From contig JBJXEM010000041.1 of the NCBI GenBank assembly GCA_046154225.1, forward strand, positions 3,411-67,410: a stretch of DNA of 64,000 bases, in the 5' to 3' direction. Below are positions 16,323-25,510 of the stretch, one piece after another. Every line of letters starts with the position of its first letter. The stretch's first letter is position 1. Source of the stretch: Rickettsiales bacterium. Its GTDB lineage: Bacteria; Pseudomonadota; Alphaproteobacteria; Rickettsiales; UBA3002. A program made the position numbers and the translations under genes. The notes below the pieces were generated by a model, which worked only from the letters and a program-made list of their open reading frames with translations, was not told the origin of the DNA and made no database searches.

Positions 16323-16580
16323 CTACTTCTTGCTGCCGTCGGTAGCGCAGCCGCCTTGGCCTTTGCACTCGTTGTGACCTTTGCACTCGTGCTTGTCGGT
16401 TTTGCAGCCGCCGTTGCCTTTGCAGGAGTTCTGGCCGGCGCAAGCGTGCTTCTCAGCAGCTTTTTCAGCGGTGGCGGATTTTTCAGCTTTGTGAGCTGCG
16501 TTAGCAACGCCAGCAGCCATGAAACCAGCGGTCAGCAGACCAGCGAGAGCAGCGGTAGCAATTTTTTTCGTAGCAGACAT
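16323..16580 (-). CDS. Secreted 6-Cys peptide, bufferin-type (BufA2-like) RiPP precursor candidate
   Basis: Leader MSATKKIATAALAGLLTAGFMAAGVANA. The core CAGQNSCKGNGGCKTDKHECKGHNECKGQGGC is two C-x-G-x-N-x-C-K-G-x-G-G-C repeats. The SD AGGAGAA lies 5 nt from the ATG, and the gene sits immediately 5' of the DUF692 gene. Confidence 0.75.
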   Translation of the reverse strand: MSATKKIATAALAGLLTAGFMAAGVANAAHKAEKSATAEKAAEKHACAGQNSCKGNGGCKTDKHECKGHNECKGQGGCATDGSKK

Positions 16581-16660
16581 GTTATTCTCCTAGTGGTTTG
16601 TTATCAATAGAACCGAATGGAAGGTCGCCCACCGATCGGTTGGCATATTCCTTAGTTACA

Positions 16661-16681
16661 CTGCTTGAATCATTCAAGCAG
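16661..16681. promoter_or_regulatory. Perfect 10-1-10 palindrome CTGCTTGAAT-C-ATTCAAGCAG about 80 nt upstream of the precursor ATG (operator candidate)
   Basis: The palindrome is read directly from the sequence. It is flanked by one of two TTAGTTACAC direct repeats (16652-16661 and 16752-16761). Confidence 0.4.
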
Positions 16682-16806
16682 GAAATGTAGGAACACTTTA
16701 ATTCAGTTGCCGCATGCTAGCGACACTGATGCATTCGCACGTGCCCGGAATTTAGTTACACCGCGTGAAATTATTTTTTGTTGCGGCTTCATATATCGCA
16801 AGAGAC

Positions 16807-17682
16807 CTAGGCATTCCGCCGTTTTTCGCTGGCGACAGCCTCCAAATAGCTGCGGTATTCGCACAGGGGCAAATTCGCGACCAATTGCTCGAACTGGTTG
16901 ACGGACAAAAACCCGCGTAGTAGCGCCGCTTCCTCGGGGCAGCCAATTTTAAGCCCTTGCCGCCGCTCGATGGTGGCGACATAGGCGGATGCTTCCTGCA
17001 GGGCCGAGCTGGTGCCAGCGTCAAGCCACGCAAACCCGCGGTTCAGGCGTTCGACACGAAGTTCGCCGCGTTCGAGGTAATGCCGATTCACGTCAGTAAT
17101 CTCAAGTTCACCACGTGCGGAAGGTTTTAGCGCCCGTGCGAATTCTACCGCCTGCGCGTCGTAGAGGTAAATGCCCGGAATCGCGAAGGCGCTTTTGGGA
17201 GCTTTAGGTTTTTCCTCGATCGACAGGGCTTTGCCGTTCGCGTCGAATTCCACCACGCCGTAACGCTCGGGGTCGCCCACATGGTAGGCGAAAATGGTGG
17301 CGCCTCCGGTAAAGTTTTCAATCGCGCGGGGAATAGCATCGCTGCCGAAAAACACGTTGTCGCCCAACATAAGTGCGCAAGGCTCGCCCGCGATGAAGCT
17401 CTCAGCAATCAGTAATGCTTGTGCGATGCCTTGTGGCTTGGCCTGTTCGCGGTATTCGATGTGAATGCCCCATGCTGCCCCGTCGCCCAGCAACGCACGG
17501 TAGCGCGGCAAGTCGGCGGAAGTGGAAATCAGGCAATATTCACGAATACCCGCACTCATTAGTGTGCTGAGCGGAGAATAAATCATCGGCTTGTCGTAAA
17601 GCGCCTGTAGCTGTTTACTGGCGATCAACGTCAGCGGATAAAGCCGCGAACCGGCACCCCCGGCTAGTATGATGGCTTTCAT
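16807..17682 (-). CDS. rfbA: Glucose-1-phosphate thymidylyltransferase
   Basis: MKAIILAGGAGSRLYPLT...SKQL..YDKPMIY motif and a 291-aa length. The longer ORF reaching 17868 runs through a MITE and is rejected. Confidence 0.85.
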   Translation of the reverse strand: MKAIILAGGAGSRLYPLTLIASKQLQALYDKPMIYSPLSTLMSAGIREYCLISTSADLPRYRALLGDGAAWGIHIEYREQAKPQGIAQALLIAESFIAGEPCALMLGDNVFFGSDAIPRAIENFTGGATIFAYHVGDPERYGVVEFDANGKALSIEEKPKAPKSAFAIPGIYLYDAQAVEFARALKPSARGELEITDVNRHYLERGELRVERLNRGFAWLDAGTSSALQEASAYVATIERRQGLKIGCPEEAALLRGFLSVNQFEQLVANLPLCEYRSYLEAVASEKRRNA

Positions 17683-17779
17683 GGTATATTCCTTTTTATT
17701 AGAATGATCCTGAGCGCGTGAATACAGCCATAATCCCTTGCATAGCTCTTGGAATGTATCGCGTATGCAACCCCAATAT

Positions 17780-17866
17780 GTCATCCCGGCCTTGTGCCGG
17801 GATCCAGCCAAGCCCCTGGCACATGGCCTATGGCGGGGCTGGATCCCGGGATAAACCCGGGATGAC
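17780..17866. repeat. MITE-like palindromic element (GTCATCC...GGATGAC family), short form
   Basis: GTCATCCCGGCCTTGTGCCGGGATCCAGCC ... GGCTGGATCCCGGGATAAACCCGGGATGAC. The termini are inverted repeats, each with its own small hairpin. Confidence 0.8.
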
Positions 17867-17959
17867 AAGTCCGTGGTGTTTTTTGGTAATGATGCAAGTC
17901 GTCATAGGCAAGTCATCAATCCAGTTGGCAAGCGAAATAAACTGCTTTAGGCAACCGCT

Positions 17960-19777
17960 ATGTGCGGAATTGCCGGAATCATTAATAAAAATGGCGCTGA
18001 GGTGTCGGCGAGTCGCATACAGGCGATGCTCGATGCCGTCGCACATCGCGGCCCGAATGCTGAGGGCACTACTATGCTTGGCACTGTGGCGCTGGGCCAT
18101 CGTCGACTGGCTATTTTGGATTTGAGCCCCGCGGGCGCGCAGCCCATGCAGGATGCAGCGCGCGGGCTGAGCATTATTCACAACGGTGAAATTTATAATT
18201 ATTGCGAGTTGCGCACCGAACTGGCCAAGCGTGGCTATCAGTTCCACTCCAACACCGACACCGAAGTGATTCTTGCCGCCTACGATGCGTGGGGTGCCGA
18301 TTGCGTGCATCACTTCAACGGCATGTGGGCGTTTGCCATTCACGATGCCAAGCGAAACCAGATTTTCTGCGCACGCGACCGCTTTGGCATTAAGCCGCTT
18401 TATTATTACGAAGACGGCGAACATTTTGTGTTTGGCTCGGAAATACGGCAGCTCTTGCCTTTCCAGACCAGCATTCGTGCCAACCGCGACGTGGTAAAAA
18501 CCTTTCTGTTCAGCGGCACCTGCGAACTCGGCACGACCACCTTTTTCGAGGGCATCCACCGCCTCGCCAGCGGGCACACCCTGACATACGACCTCGCCAC
18601 TCACCAGCACCATATTGCGCGCTACTACAGCATTGCCTACCGGCCTGACATTGCGGCTATGGACCGCACATCCGCCGTGGCTCAGCTATACGAGACACTG
18701 AACGACGCCGTAAAACTGCACTTAGTGTCGGATGTAAAAGTAGGCACCTGCCTGTCGGGTGGGCTTGACAGCTCGGCCATCGCCACGCTGGCGGCAAGGC
18801 ATTCGTCCGGCGGGCCCTTCGCGGCCATCACGGCTGTCAGTGAGCAGGCAAGCAACAACGAGGAGCAATTCGCCCAGCAAGTCGCGCTGCATAGCAAGCT
18901 GGACTGGTATCGCGTGCAGCCGAGCTATGAAGATTTCGCGAACGCAATGCCCGACGTGGTGCGTGTGCAGGAAGAACCTTTCGCCGGGCCCTCCATCGTG
19001 ATGCAGTATTTTGTCATGCAGGCAGCGCGCGACCATGGCATCACCGTGATGCTCGACGGTCAGGGAGCCGACGAAAGCCTGCTCGGCTACGAGCGCTATG
19101 GAGTGACCCGGCTGCTGATGCTGGTGGGTCAGGGAAAAATACTCGAAGCCCTGCGCGAATATCGGCTGCTATGCCAGCATAATGCGCGGCTGAGTATTGG
19201 TTCACTGGCGAAATATGTGATCGGCGTAACCAGTGCGAAAGCCCGTTACAATTTTTACCGACACCAGCAGCGGCATTTGTTTGGAACCTTGCCTTGCCCT
19301 ACATTCATCACCGACATGGCGCGCGCCAGCCGCAGCGATTGGGCCATTCAGTCGCTGGATGTGACCGAAACCAGTGTACCGGTGCTGTTGCGCTACGAAG
19401 ACAAAAACGCCATGGCGTTCGGCATCGAAACCCGACTGCCCTTTATGGATTACCGTTTGGTGGAAACGGCTATGTCGCTACCGATGGAGTATAAAATCCA
19501 TCAGGGCTGGACCAAATGGGCGCTGCGTAGCGCTATGGAACCTCATTTGCCCGAAGCCATTACCTGGCGCAAAAACAAATTCGGCTTCGAAGCGCCTGAG
19601 GAAATCTGGTTGCCGCGCCACAACGCCATCATGCGTGAGGCGGTGTTGGCCTGCCCGCTGCTACAATCATTCGCAGCCAGCCCCGCCCTCGCCGCGCATT
19701 TCGACGCACTCGGCGGGCGCGAAAAATTCCGGCTTTATTCCGTCGCCCTGTGGGCGCAGTGTTTTGCTGTCAGCTAG
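17960..19777 (+). CDS. asnB: Asparagine synthase (glutamine-hydrolysing), AsnB family
   Basis: N-terminal MCGIAGI nucleophile Cys, GHRRLAILD, and the SGGLDSS PP-loop motif (CLSGGLDSSAIA). Confidence 0.85.
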   Translation: MCGIAGIINKNGAEVSASRIQAMLDAVAHRGPNAEGTTMLGTVALGHRRLAILDLSPAGAQPMQDAARGLSIIHNGEIYNYCELRTELAKRGYQFHSNTDTEVILAAYDAWGADCVHHFNGMWAFAIHDAKRNQIFCARDRFGIKPLYYYEDGEHFVFGSEIRQLLPFQTSIRANRDVVKTFLFSGTCELGTTTFFEGIHRLASGHTLTYDLATHQHHIARYYSIAYRPDIAAMDRTSAVAQLYETLNDAVKLHLVSDVKVGTCLSGGLDSSAIATLAARHSSGGPFAAITAVSEQASNNEEQFAQQVALHSKLDWYRVQPSYEDFANAMPDVVRVQEEPFAGPSIVMQYFVMQAARDHGITVMLDGQGADESLLGYERYGVTRLLMLVGQGKILEALREYRLLCQHNARLSIGSLAKYVIGVTSAKARYNFYRHQQRHLFGTLPCPTFITDMARASRSDWAIQSLDVTETSVPVLLRYEDKNAMAFGIETRLPFMDYRLVETAMSLPMEYKIHQGWTKWALRSAMEPHLPEAITWRKNKFGFEAPEEIWLPRHNAIMREAVLACPLLQSFAASPALAAHFDALGGREKFRLYSVALWAQCFAVS

Positions 19778-19823
19778 ATTTTGCCGTTTTTTTGTGTGCG
19801 TATTCGCGCAGTTTTATAATTTT

Positions 19824-19940
19824 GTCATCCCGGGTTTATCCCGGGATCCAGCTTAACCACAGCCGATGTGCTAAGCCGGGGCTGGATCCCGGCACCTGCC
19901 TACGCCAAGGCTTCGGCAAGGCAGGCAAGGCCGGGATGAC
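19824..19940. repeat. MITE-like palindromic element (GTCATCC...GGATGAC family)
   Basis: GTCATCCCGGGTTTATCCCGGGATCCAGC ... GGCTGGATCCCGGC ... GGCCGGGATGAC. It falls between asnB and the aminopeptidase gene. Confidence 0.8.
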
Positions 19941-20004
19941 ATGTTCGCAGCGTCTTGGTAGAGATGCATGTGAGTGTAATGAACATCAGTATGAGGAAAT
20001 CTCC

Positions 20005-21378
20005 ATGCCCTATTTCAGCCCCGAACGTGCAAGCGCCACGCCTATCCACCCCGTCACGGCAAGTGGGCTAAAGCCCTGGCTCGCCAAACAGCCCGTAACG
20101 TTACGCAACTGGGTGAGCGCACAAAATTTTGTGGCGCGGCCTGATACGGCGCTCGTGGTGCCGGGCAAAAATGGGCATGTCGCATGCGTGCTTGCGGGGG
20201 TGGAAGGGCCCGGTTTGTGGGCATTGGCACATCTGCCGGCCGTAATTCCTGCAGGCGATTACCGGGTGGTCAGCGACTGGAGCGACGATGGCTTGCGCAA
20301 AGCCGCTGTCGGCTTTGCCCTCGCGCAGTACCAATATACCCGCTACCGCGCGCAGGAGCGCAAAAACATTCACCTGTGCCTGCCCAAATCGATCGACCGC
20401 GCGGGGCTCGTCCGCCGCGTCGAAGCACATGCGCTGGTGCGCGACCTGATTAACACGCCGCCCAACGACATGGGGCCCGTCGCCTTGGCCGAAGCGGCAA
20501 AGCAGGTGGCCGAACGCATCGGCGCGAAATACCGCGTGATCGTAGGCGAGGCGTTGCTGAAACAAAACTACCCAGCCATTCACGCCGTGGGCCGCGCCGC
20601 TGAGGAAGCACCACGCCTGATTGAACTAACGCACGGCAAAAAAACCGACCCGCTGGTGGTACTGGTGGGCAAAGGGGTGACGTTCGACACGGGCGGGCTC
20701 GACCTCAAGCCCTATGCCAGCATGAAGCTGATGAAAAAAGACATGGGCGGTGCCGCACTGATGCTGGGCCTCGCACAATGGATTGTCGAAGAAAAACTGC
20801 CCATTCGCCTGCGGGTGCTAATTCCGGCGGTGGAAAACAGCGTCAGTGGCAATGCGTTTCGCCCGCAGGACATTCTGCAAAGTCGAAAGGGCCTCACCAT
20901 CGAAATTGGCTCGACCGACGCGGAGGGCCGCCTCATCCTCGCCGACGCGCTGGCCGATGGCGACGAGGATAAGCCCGACCTGATGATCGACGCTGCCACC
21001 CTCACCGGTGCGGCCCGCACCGCCCTTGGCACCGAACTGCCCGCCATGTTCTGCAACCGCGACGATGTGGCGCATGACCTGCTGGCCGCCGCCGAGCGCG
21101 CACAGGACCCGCTATGGCGGCTGCCACTGTGGAAAGGTTACGCGAAATACGTGAACAGTCCCATCGCCGACGTGACGAACAGCCCCAATTACGGGTTTGC
21201 CGGTAGCATCACGGCCGCGTTGTTTCTGGAGCGTTTCGTATCGCCCACCACGCCGTGGATTCACCTCGACACCTATGCCTGGAACGGCGAATCGCTTCCC
21301 GGCCGCCCGGCAGGCGGCGAAGCGCTGGGGCTTCGTGCGCTGTTCAGTTTCCTACATGCGCGTTATGCGGTTGCTTAA
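20005..21378 (+). CDS. M17-family leucyl aminopeptidase-like protein
   Basis: VGKGVTFDTGG, MKKDMGGAA and GSTDAEGRLILADAL motifs. I chose the start at 20005 (MPYFSPE), which has a GAGGAA SD. The upstream part of the long ORF is MITE sequence. Confidence 0.85.
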   Translation: MPYFSPERASATPIHPVTASGLKPWLAKQPVTLRNWVSAQNFVARPDTALVVPGKNGHVACVLAGVEGPGLWALAHLPAVIPAGDYRVVSDWSDDGLRKAAVGFALAQYQYTRYRAQERKNIHLCLPKSIDRAGLVRRVEAHALVRDLINTPPNDMGPVALAEAAKQVAERIGAKYRVIVGEALLKQNYPAIHAVGRAAEEAPRLIELTHGKKTDPLVVLVGKGVTFDTGGLDLKPYASMKLMKKDMGGAALMLGLAQWIVEEKLPIRLRVLIPAVENSVSGNAFRPQDILQSRKGLTIEIGSTDAEGRLILADALADGDEDKPDLMIDAATLTGAARTALGTELPAMFCNRDDVAHDLLAAAERAQDPLWRLPLWKGYAKYVNSPIADVTNSPNYGFAGSITAALFLERFVSPTTPWIHLDTYAWNGESLPGRPAGGEALGLRALFSFLHARYAVA

Positions 21379-21404
21379 CAGCCGCGCTCATGTAATATCA
21401 TTCC

Positions 21405-21764
21405 ATGGCCGTAACCATTAACACCACCGATGCACTCAAACTCTGGCAGCGCGTGACCACGCGCACCTTGCGCGAATTGCCCTACGATTTATCGCAACGG
21501 CAAATGGGCGTATTGTTGAACGTTTACTTAACACCACCGCCACACACGATTCGTAGCCTCGCGTCGCAGCTCATGGTATCCAAACCTGCCATCTGCCGAG
21601 CGGTGGACGCGCTTTCGGTGCTCGACCTCGTACGCCGCAAGAAAGACGAGGCCGACCGCCGCAACGTGTTTTTGCAACGCACCGTCAATGGCTCGGTATT
21701 CTTGCGTGACTTCGCCGATCTGGTCGTAGATGAATCGCAACGTAACGACGAAATGTTGCCTTAA
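21405..21764 (+). CDS. MarR-family winged-helix transcriptional regulator
   Basis: LSQRQMGVLLNVY...HTIRSLASQLMVSKPAICRAVDALSVLDLVRRKKDEADRRNVFLQRT matches the wHTH + wing pattern. Confidence 0.7.
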   Translation: MAVTINTTDALKLWQRVTTRTLRELPYDLSQRQMGVLLNVYLTPPPHTIRSLASQLMVSKPAICRAVDALSVLDLVRRKKDEADRRNVFLQRTVNGSVFLRDFADLVVDESQRNDEMLP

Positions 21765-22023
21765 TACACACCCTAGGAACTTTTTACCTAGTTCGCGCAA
21801 ATTCCTATTGCAAACTTAGCCAGAAATTGCTATCTTGAGTCTATGGGCGACTTGTGCCCGGAATAATAAAAAAAGTAAGAATCAGAGCAAGTTGAACCAT
21901 TTCAACGGGGAGCTTCATGCACGGAATTCAGCCAGCAGTATTGTGCCTAGATTTTGCCGCTGACGGGCAGCTTTTTCCCCTACATATCCAAGCAAAAACA
22001 ACAATGCATAATGGAGTGCCCGT

Positions 22024-23682
22024 ATGAATGCGATGGTGCAATCCCTGAAGGAATTAAACCAGCTCAAGCTCGCCGCGATGATCGCGACGGCCGTCGTGCT
22101 GATTGGCTTTTTCGCCTACCTGTCGCTGCGCGTCACCGCACCCACCCTGTCGCCGCTTTATGCCAGCATGTCACTCGAAGACGGCGCGAAAGTGGCCCAA
22201 GCCCTCGAGGCCGAGAATATACCCTACGAAGTCCGCGCCAACGGCAGCCAAATTCTGGTGCCCTCCGATCAGGTCGATAAACTACGCATCAAGCTTGCAG
22301 GGAAAGGACTGCCTACCAGCGGCTCGCTCGTTGGTTACGAGATTTTTGACAAAAGCGACACGCTCGGCACTTCGAACTTCGTACTTAACCTAAACCAGAT
22401 TCGCGCACTGGAAGGCGAATTGTCGCGCACCATTTCCAGCCTCGACACCGTGTCCGAAGCGCGGGTGCATTTGGTGGTGCCGCGCCGCGAACTTTTTAAC
22501 CGCGACAAGGTTGAGCCAACGGCGTCGGTGGCAGTAAAACTAAGCGCCGCGGGCGGCCTCAATAAAAACGAAATCGCCGCGATTCGCAGTTTGGTCGCGA
22601 CTGCTGTTCCCGGCTTGAAACCGCAACGCGTAACCATTGTCGATAGCCGCGGCACCCTTCTCGCCAAAGGTGTCGACGACGATAATGACCCGAACGTGGT
22701 AAGCGCTGCCGCTGAAGATTTCCGCAGTGATTTTGAACGCAAAACCGCCGGCCGCATCGAGCAGTTGCTCGAACAATCGGTCGGCGCAGGCAAAGTGAAA
22801 GCCGAAGTGCATGCCGACATCGATTTCGACCGCACCGTAAAAAATACGGAGAAATACGACCCCGAAGGCCAGGTCACCCGCTCGACCCAGACGGTGAACG
22901 AAAACGAAAAGTCGAACGAATCGCAACCCCCAACCGTTTCGGCTGGCAATAACCTGCCTCCCGGCCAGGCCGCAGCCCCGGCCACCGGTGGCGGCACCGC
23001 TTCCGACCGCAAGCGCAGCGAAGAAACCACCAATTTCGAGATTTCAAAAGAAGTCACCAACTCAGTGAAAGAAGGTGGCAACGTTAAGAAGATCAGCATC
23101 GCGGTTCTGGTTGACGGCACCTATGCCGCCGACAAGGACGGCAAAGAAGTCTACACCCCGCGCAGCGACGAGCAGATTGCTAAAATCAAGCAGCTCGTTG
23201 AATCGGCCGTCGGTTATGACGCCAACCGCGGCGACAATGTTGAAGTCATCAATATGCAGTTTGCTACTGCCGCCGCCGACATGTTCGCCGCCGATCCGCT
23301 GGAGTGGCTGAAGCAGGACATGACCTCTATCATCCAGACGCTGGTGCTGGGCGGTGTGGCAATCCTCGCCATTTTGCTAGTCATTCGTCCACTGGTGGCG
23401 CGTGCCATCGAGTCGGCGGAAATAGCTAGCCGCGAGGATGAAATGGAGCAGGCCGCACTTGCCGCCCCCTCCATCGCCGCCCGCCTGACCGACCAGAGCC
23501 GTATGAAACTGAGTGGTGAAGCCGACGACGACGAGCTCGACGAAGACGGCGACGAAATGATCAACATCGACCGCATTCAGGGCAAATTGAAATCGAGCAC
23601 CTATTCGAAAATCAATAGCATGGTCGAGAAAAACCCGGAAGAAACGGTGCAAATCCTGCGCCAGTGGCTTTCGGCTACCTAA
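22024..23682 (+). CDS. fliF: Flagellar M-ring protein FliF
   Basis: N-terminal TM segment, YscJ/FliF ring domains (LYASMSLEDGAKVAQALEAENIPYEV, ARVHLVVPRRELF), a C-terminal TM segment and a FliG-binding tail. fliG follows. Confidence 0.9.
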   Translation: MNAMVQSLKELNQLKLAAMIATAVVLIGFFAYLSLRVTAPTLSPLYASMSLEDGAKVAQALEAENIPYEVRANGSQILVPSDQVDKLRIKLAGKGLPTSGSLVGYEIFDKSDTLGTSNFVLNLNQIRALEGELSRTISSLDTVSEARVHLVVPRRELFNRDKVEPTASVAVKLSAAGGLNKNEIAAIRSLVATAVPGLKPQRVTIVDSRGTLLAKGVDDDNDPNVVSAAAEDFRSDFERKTAGRIEQLLEQSVGAGKVKAEVHADIDFDRTVKNTEKYDPEGQVTRSTQTVNENEKSNESQPPTVSAGNNLPPGQAAAPATGGGTASDRKRSEETTNFEISKEVTNSVKEGGNVKKISIAVLVDGTYAADKDGKEVYTPRSDEQIAKIKQLVESAVGYDANRGDNVEVINMQFATAAADMFAADPLEWLKQDMTSIIQTLVLGGVAILAILLVIRPLVARAIESAEIASREDEMEQAALAAPSIAARLTDQSRMKLSGEADDDELDEDGDEMINIDRIQGKLKSSTYSKINSMVEKNPEETVQILRQWLSAT

Positions 23683-23692
23683 GGAGTGACGC

Positions 23693-24733
23693 ATGGCATC
23701 CCCTCCCGCCACGATGACAGACAAAAAAGACGATTACCGTAAACTGACAGGACCGCAGAAAGCTGCCATCCTGATGATGGCGATCGACGAAGACAACGCG
23801 ACCAAAATCCTCGTCAACATGAACGACGAAGAGATTAAGGAAATTTCGAACACCATGGCCGCACTCGGCACCGTGAGTGCCGAAACGGTGGAGCGGTTGT
23901 TCATTGATTACGTGGAAGGCATGTCGAACTCGGGCGTGGTCGTCGGCACCTTCGACTCCACCGAGCGCCTACTGATGAAGGCGCTGGGCAAAGACCGCGT
24001 CGATTCGATTATGGAAGATATCCGTGGCCCTGCCGGTCGCACTACGTGGGACAAACTGGGCAACGTGAACGAGGAAATTCTCGCGACGTACCTGAAAAAC
24101 GAATACCCGCAAACCATCGCGCTGGTGCTGTCAAAAATCCGTGCCGACCATGCCGCGCGCGTGTTATCGGTGTTCCCGGAAGAATTGTCGCTCGACGTGA
24201 TTATGCGCATGCTGGGCATGGAATCGGTGAAAAAAGAAGTCCTCGACGGGATTGAGAAAACCCTGCGGCTGGAATTCATGAATAACCTCGCCAAAACCCA
24301 GCGCCGCGACACGCATGAAATCATGGCCGAGATTTTCAACAATTTCGATCGCAACACCGAAACTAAATTCATGGGTGTGCTGGAACAAAAACATGCCGAG
24401 GCCGCCGAGCGTATTCGTGCCCTCATGTTCACCTTCGAGGACCTGAAGAAAATCGATCCGTCAGGTGTACAAGCCCTCATGCGCGGCATTCCGAAAGAAA
24501 AACTGGCGGTGGCCATGAAAGGCGCGTCGGAAACCATCAAAGACCTGTTCTTCAAAAATATGTCCGAACGCGCCAGCAAACTGCTGCGCGAGGACATGGA
24601 AGCACTCGGCCCCGTGCGCCTCAAGGACGTAGACGAAGCGCAAATGGCCATCGTGCAAGTGGCAAAAGATCTTGCTGCCAAGGGCGACATCATCATCTCA
24701 AGTGACACTGGCGACGACCAGTTGGTATATTAA
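23693..24733 (+). CDS. fliG: Flagellar motor switch protein FliG
   Basis: [25 protein letters not shown], and the MFTFEDL...ALMRGI / [10 protein letters not shown]-terminal domain. The SD AAGGAG lies upstream. Confidence 0.9.
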   Translation: MASPPATMTDKKDDYRKLTGPQKAAILMMAIDEDNATKILVNMNDEEIKEISNTMAALGTVSAETVERLFIDYVEGMSNSGVVVGTFDSTERLLMKALGKDRVDSIMEDIRGPAGRTTWDKLGNVNEEILATYLKNEYPQTIALVLSKIRADHAARVLSVFPEELSLDVIMRMLGMESVKKEVLDGIEKTLRLEFMNNLAKTQRRDTHEIMAEIFNNFDRNTETKFMGVLEQKHAEAAERIRALMFTFEDLKKIDPSGVQALMRGIPKEKLAVAMKGASETIKDLFFKNMSERASKLLREDMEALGPVRLKDVDEAQMAIVQVAKDLAAKGDIIISSDTGDDQLVY

Positions 24734-25509
24734 TGAGCACACGCCTACAGCGATTCGATTTCGGGGCCATGCGCGATTTCCGCAAGCCCGTACCCGTCGC
24801 GGTGGCGATTGACGATGCGAGCCTTGCGCTGCCCGAAGCGCCGCCACCCCCACCTAAGTTCAGCGAGCAGGAGTTAAATGCCGCGCGCCACGTCGCACAT
24901 CAGGAAGGCTACGATGACGGGCTGGCCGCCGGCCTCGCGCAGGCAGCGGGCGCTGCTGATGGCGAAGAGACACAAGCAATCGCCGCCATGAATCGCATGG
25001 CCGAACAAATAGACAGCCTTGATGCCCGCTACGGGGAACTCATCGCCCACGAATCGCAAGAACTTTCCGCGCTAGTGCTCATGATCGCGCGCAAAGTCGC
25101 GGGTGATGCTTTGAGCGCACATTACAGCGACGCCATTCAAACCTTGGTGGCGCAATGTTTACCTGTCTTTTTGTCACGCCCGCGCCTATTGGTCGATGTG
25201 CACCCGGACGCGCTGGTGAAAGTATCATCGCGGGTGGAAACATTATTGCAGCAACGCGGTTTCGAGGGCGAAGTTCAGTTCCGCAGCAATGCAGCGCTCG
25301 ATCTTGCCGACGCCGTGCTCGACTGGGGCCACGGCCAGGCTCGCCGCTCGACGCAGGCACTGTGGCAGGAGATTGAAACACTGTTAGGCAAATTACCCAT
25401 TGCGGTCACCCTTGCTGCTGCGGCTAACCCACCCATGCTCGATGTAGTCGAAACATTCAACGACACCCCTACCCACGAATCCCTCATCACCCCCGAACCC
25501 GGAGTATAA
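24733..25509 (+). CDS. fliH: FliH-like flagellar assembly protein (FlbE position of the alphaproteobacterial fliF operon)
   Basis: The call rests on its position between fliG and fliN, a TAATG overlap, an EQEL..A...GY.DG N-terminal segment and a 258-aa length. Sequence conservation is weak. Confidence 0.55.
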   Translation: MSTRLQRFDFGAMRDFRKPVPVAVAIDDASLALPEAPPPPPKFSEQELNAARHVAHQEGYDDGLAAGLAQAAGAADGEETQAIAAMNRMAEQIDSLDARYGELIAHESQELSALVLMIARKVAGDALSAHYSDAIQTLVAQCLPVFLSRPRLLVDVHPDALVKVSSRVETLLQQRGFEGEVQFRSNAALDLADAVLDWGHGQARRSTQALWQEIETLLGKLPIAVTLAAAANPPMLDVVETFNDTPTHESLITPEPGV

Positions 25510-25510
25510 C

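Noticed and set aside
16807-17868. Long N-terminal extensions of rfbA (to 17868), the M17 aminopeptidase (from 19750), patatin (to 11726), the cyclase (to 8642), the DoxX-NDH-2 fusion (to 14762), the DUF692 fusion (to 16294), trxA (to 54575) and glmS (from 37635).
   Set aside because: The extensions either run through MITE sequence (giving VIPGLSRDP / SSRVYPGIQ-type peptides), overlap the upstream gene, or are Arg-rich. In every case an internal start restores a canonical N-terminus with an SD and/or an ATGA-type coupling.
17828-18613. A 261-aa minus-strand ORF opposite the asnB 5' half.
   Set aside because: It is antisense to a well-supported asnB, starts inside a MITE, and has no family resemblance.
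21765-22023. Search for sigma-54 (TGGCAC-N5-TTGC) or CtrA (TTAA-N7-TTAA) sites upstream of fliF. The palindrome GTTGAA-ccat-TTCAAC was noted at 21891-21906.
   Set aside because: There is no acceptable match to either consensus. The 6-4-6 palindrome is short and could arise by chance, so it is not reported as a regulatory feature.
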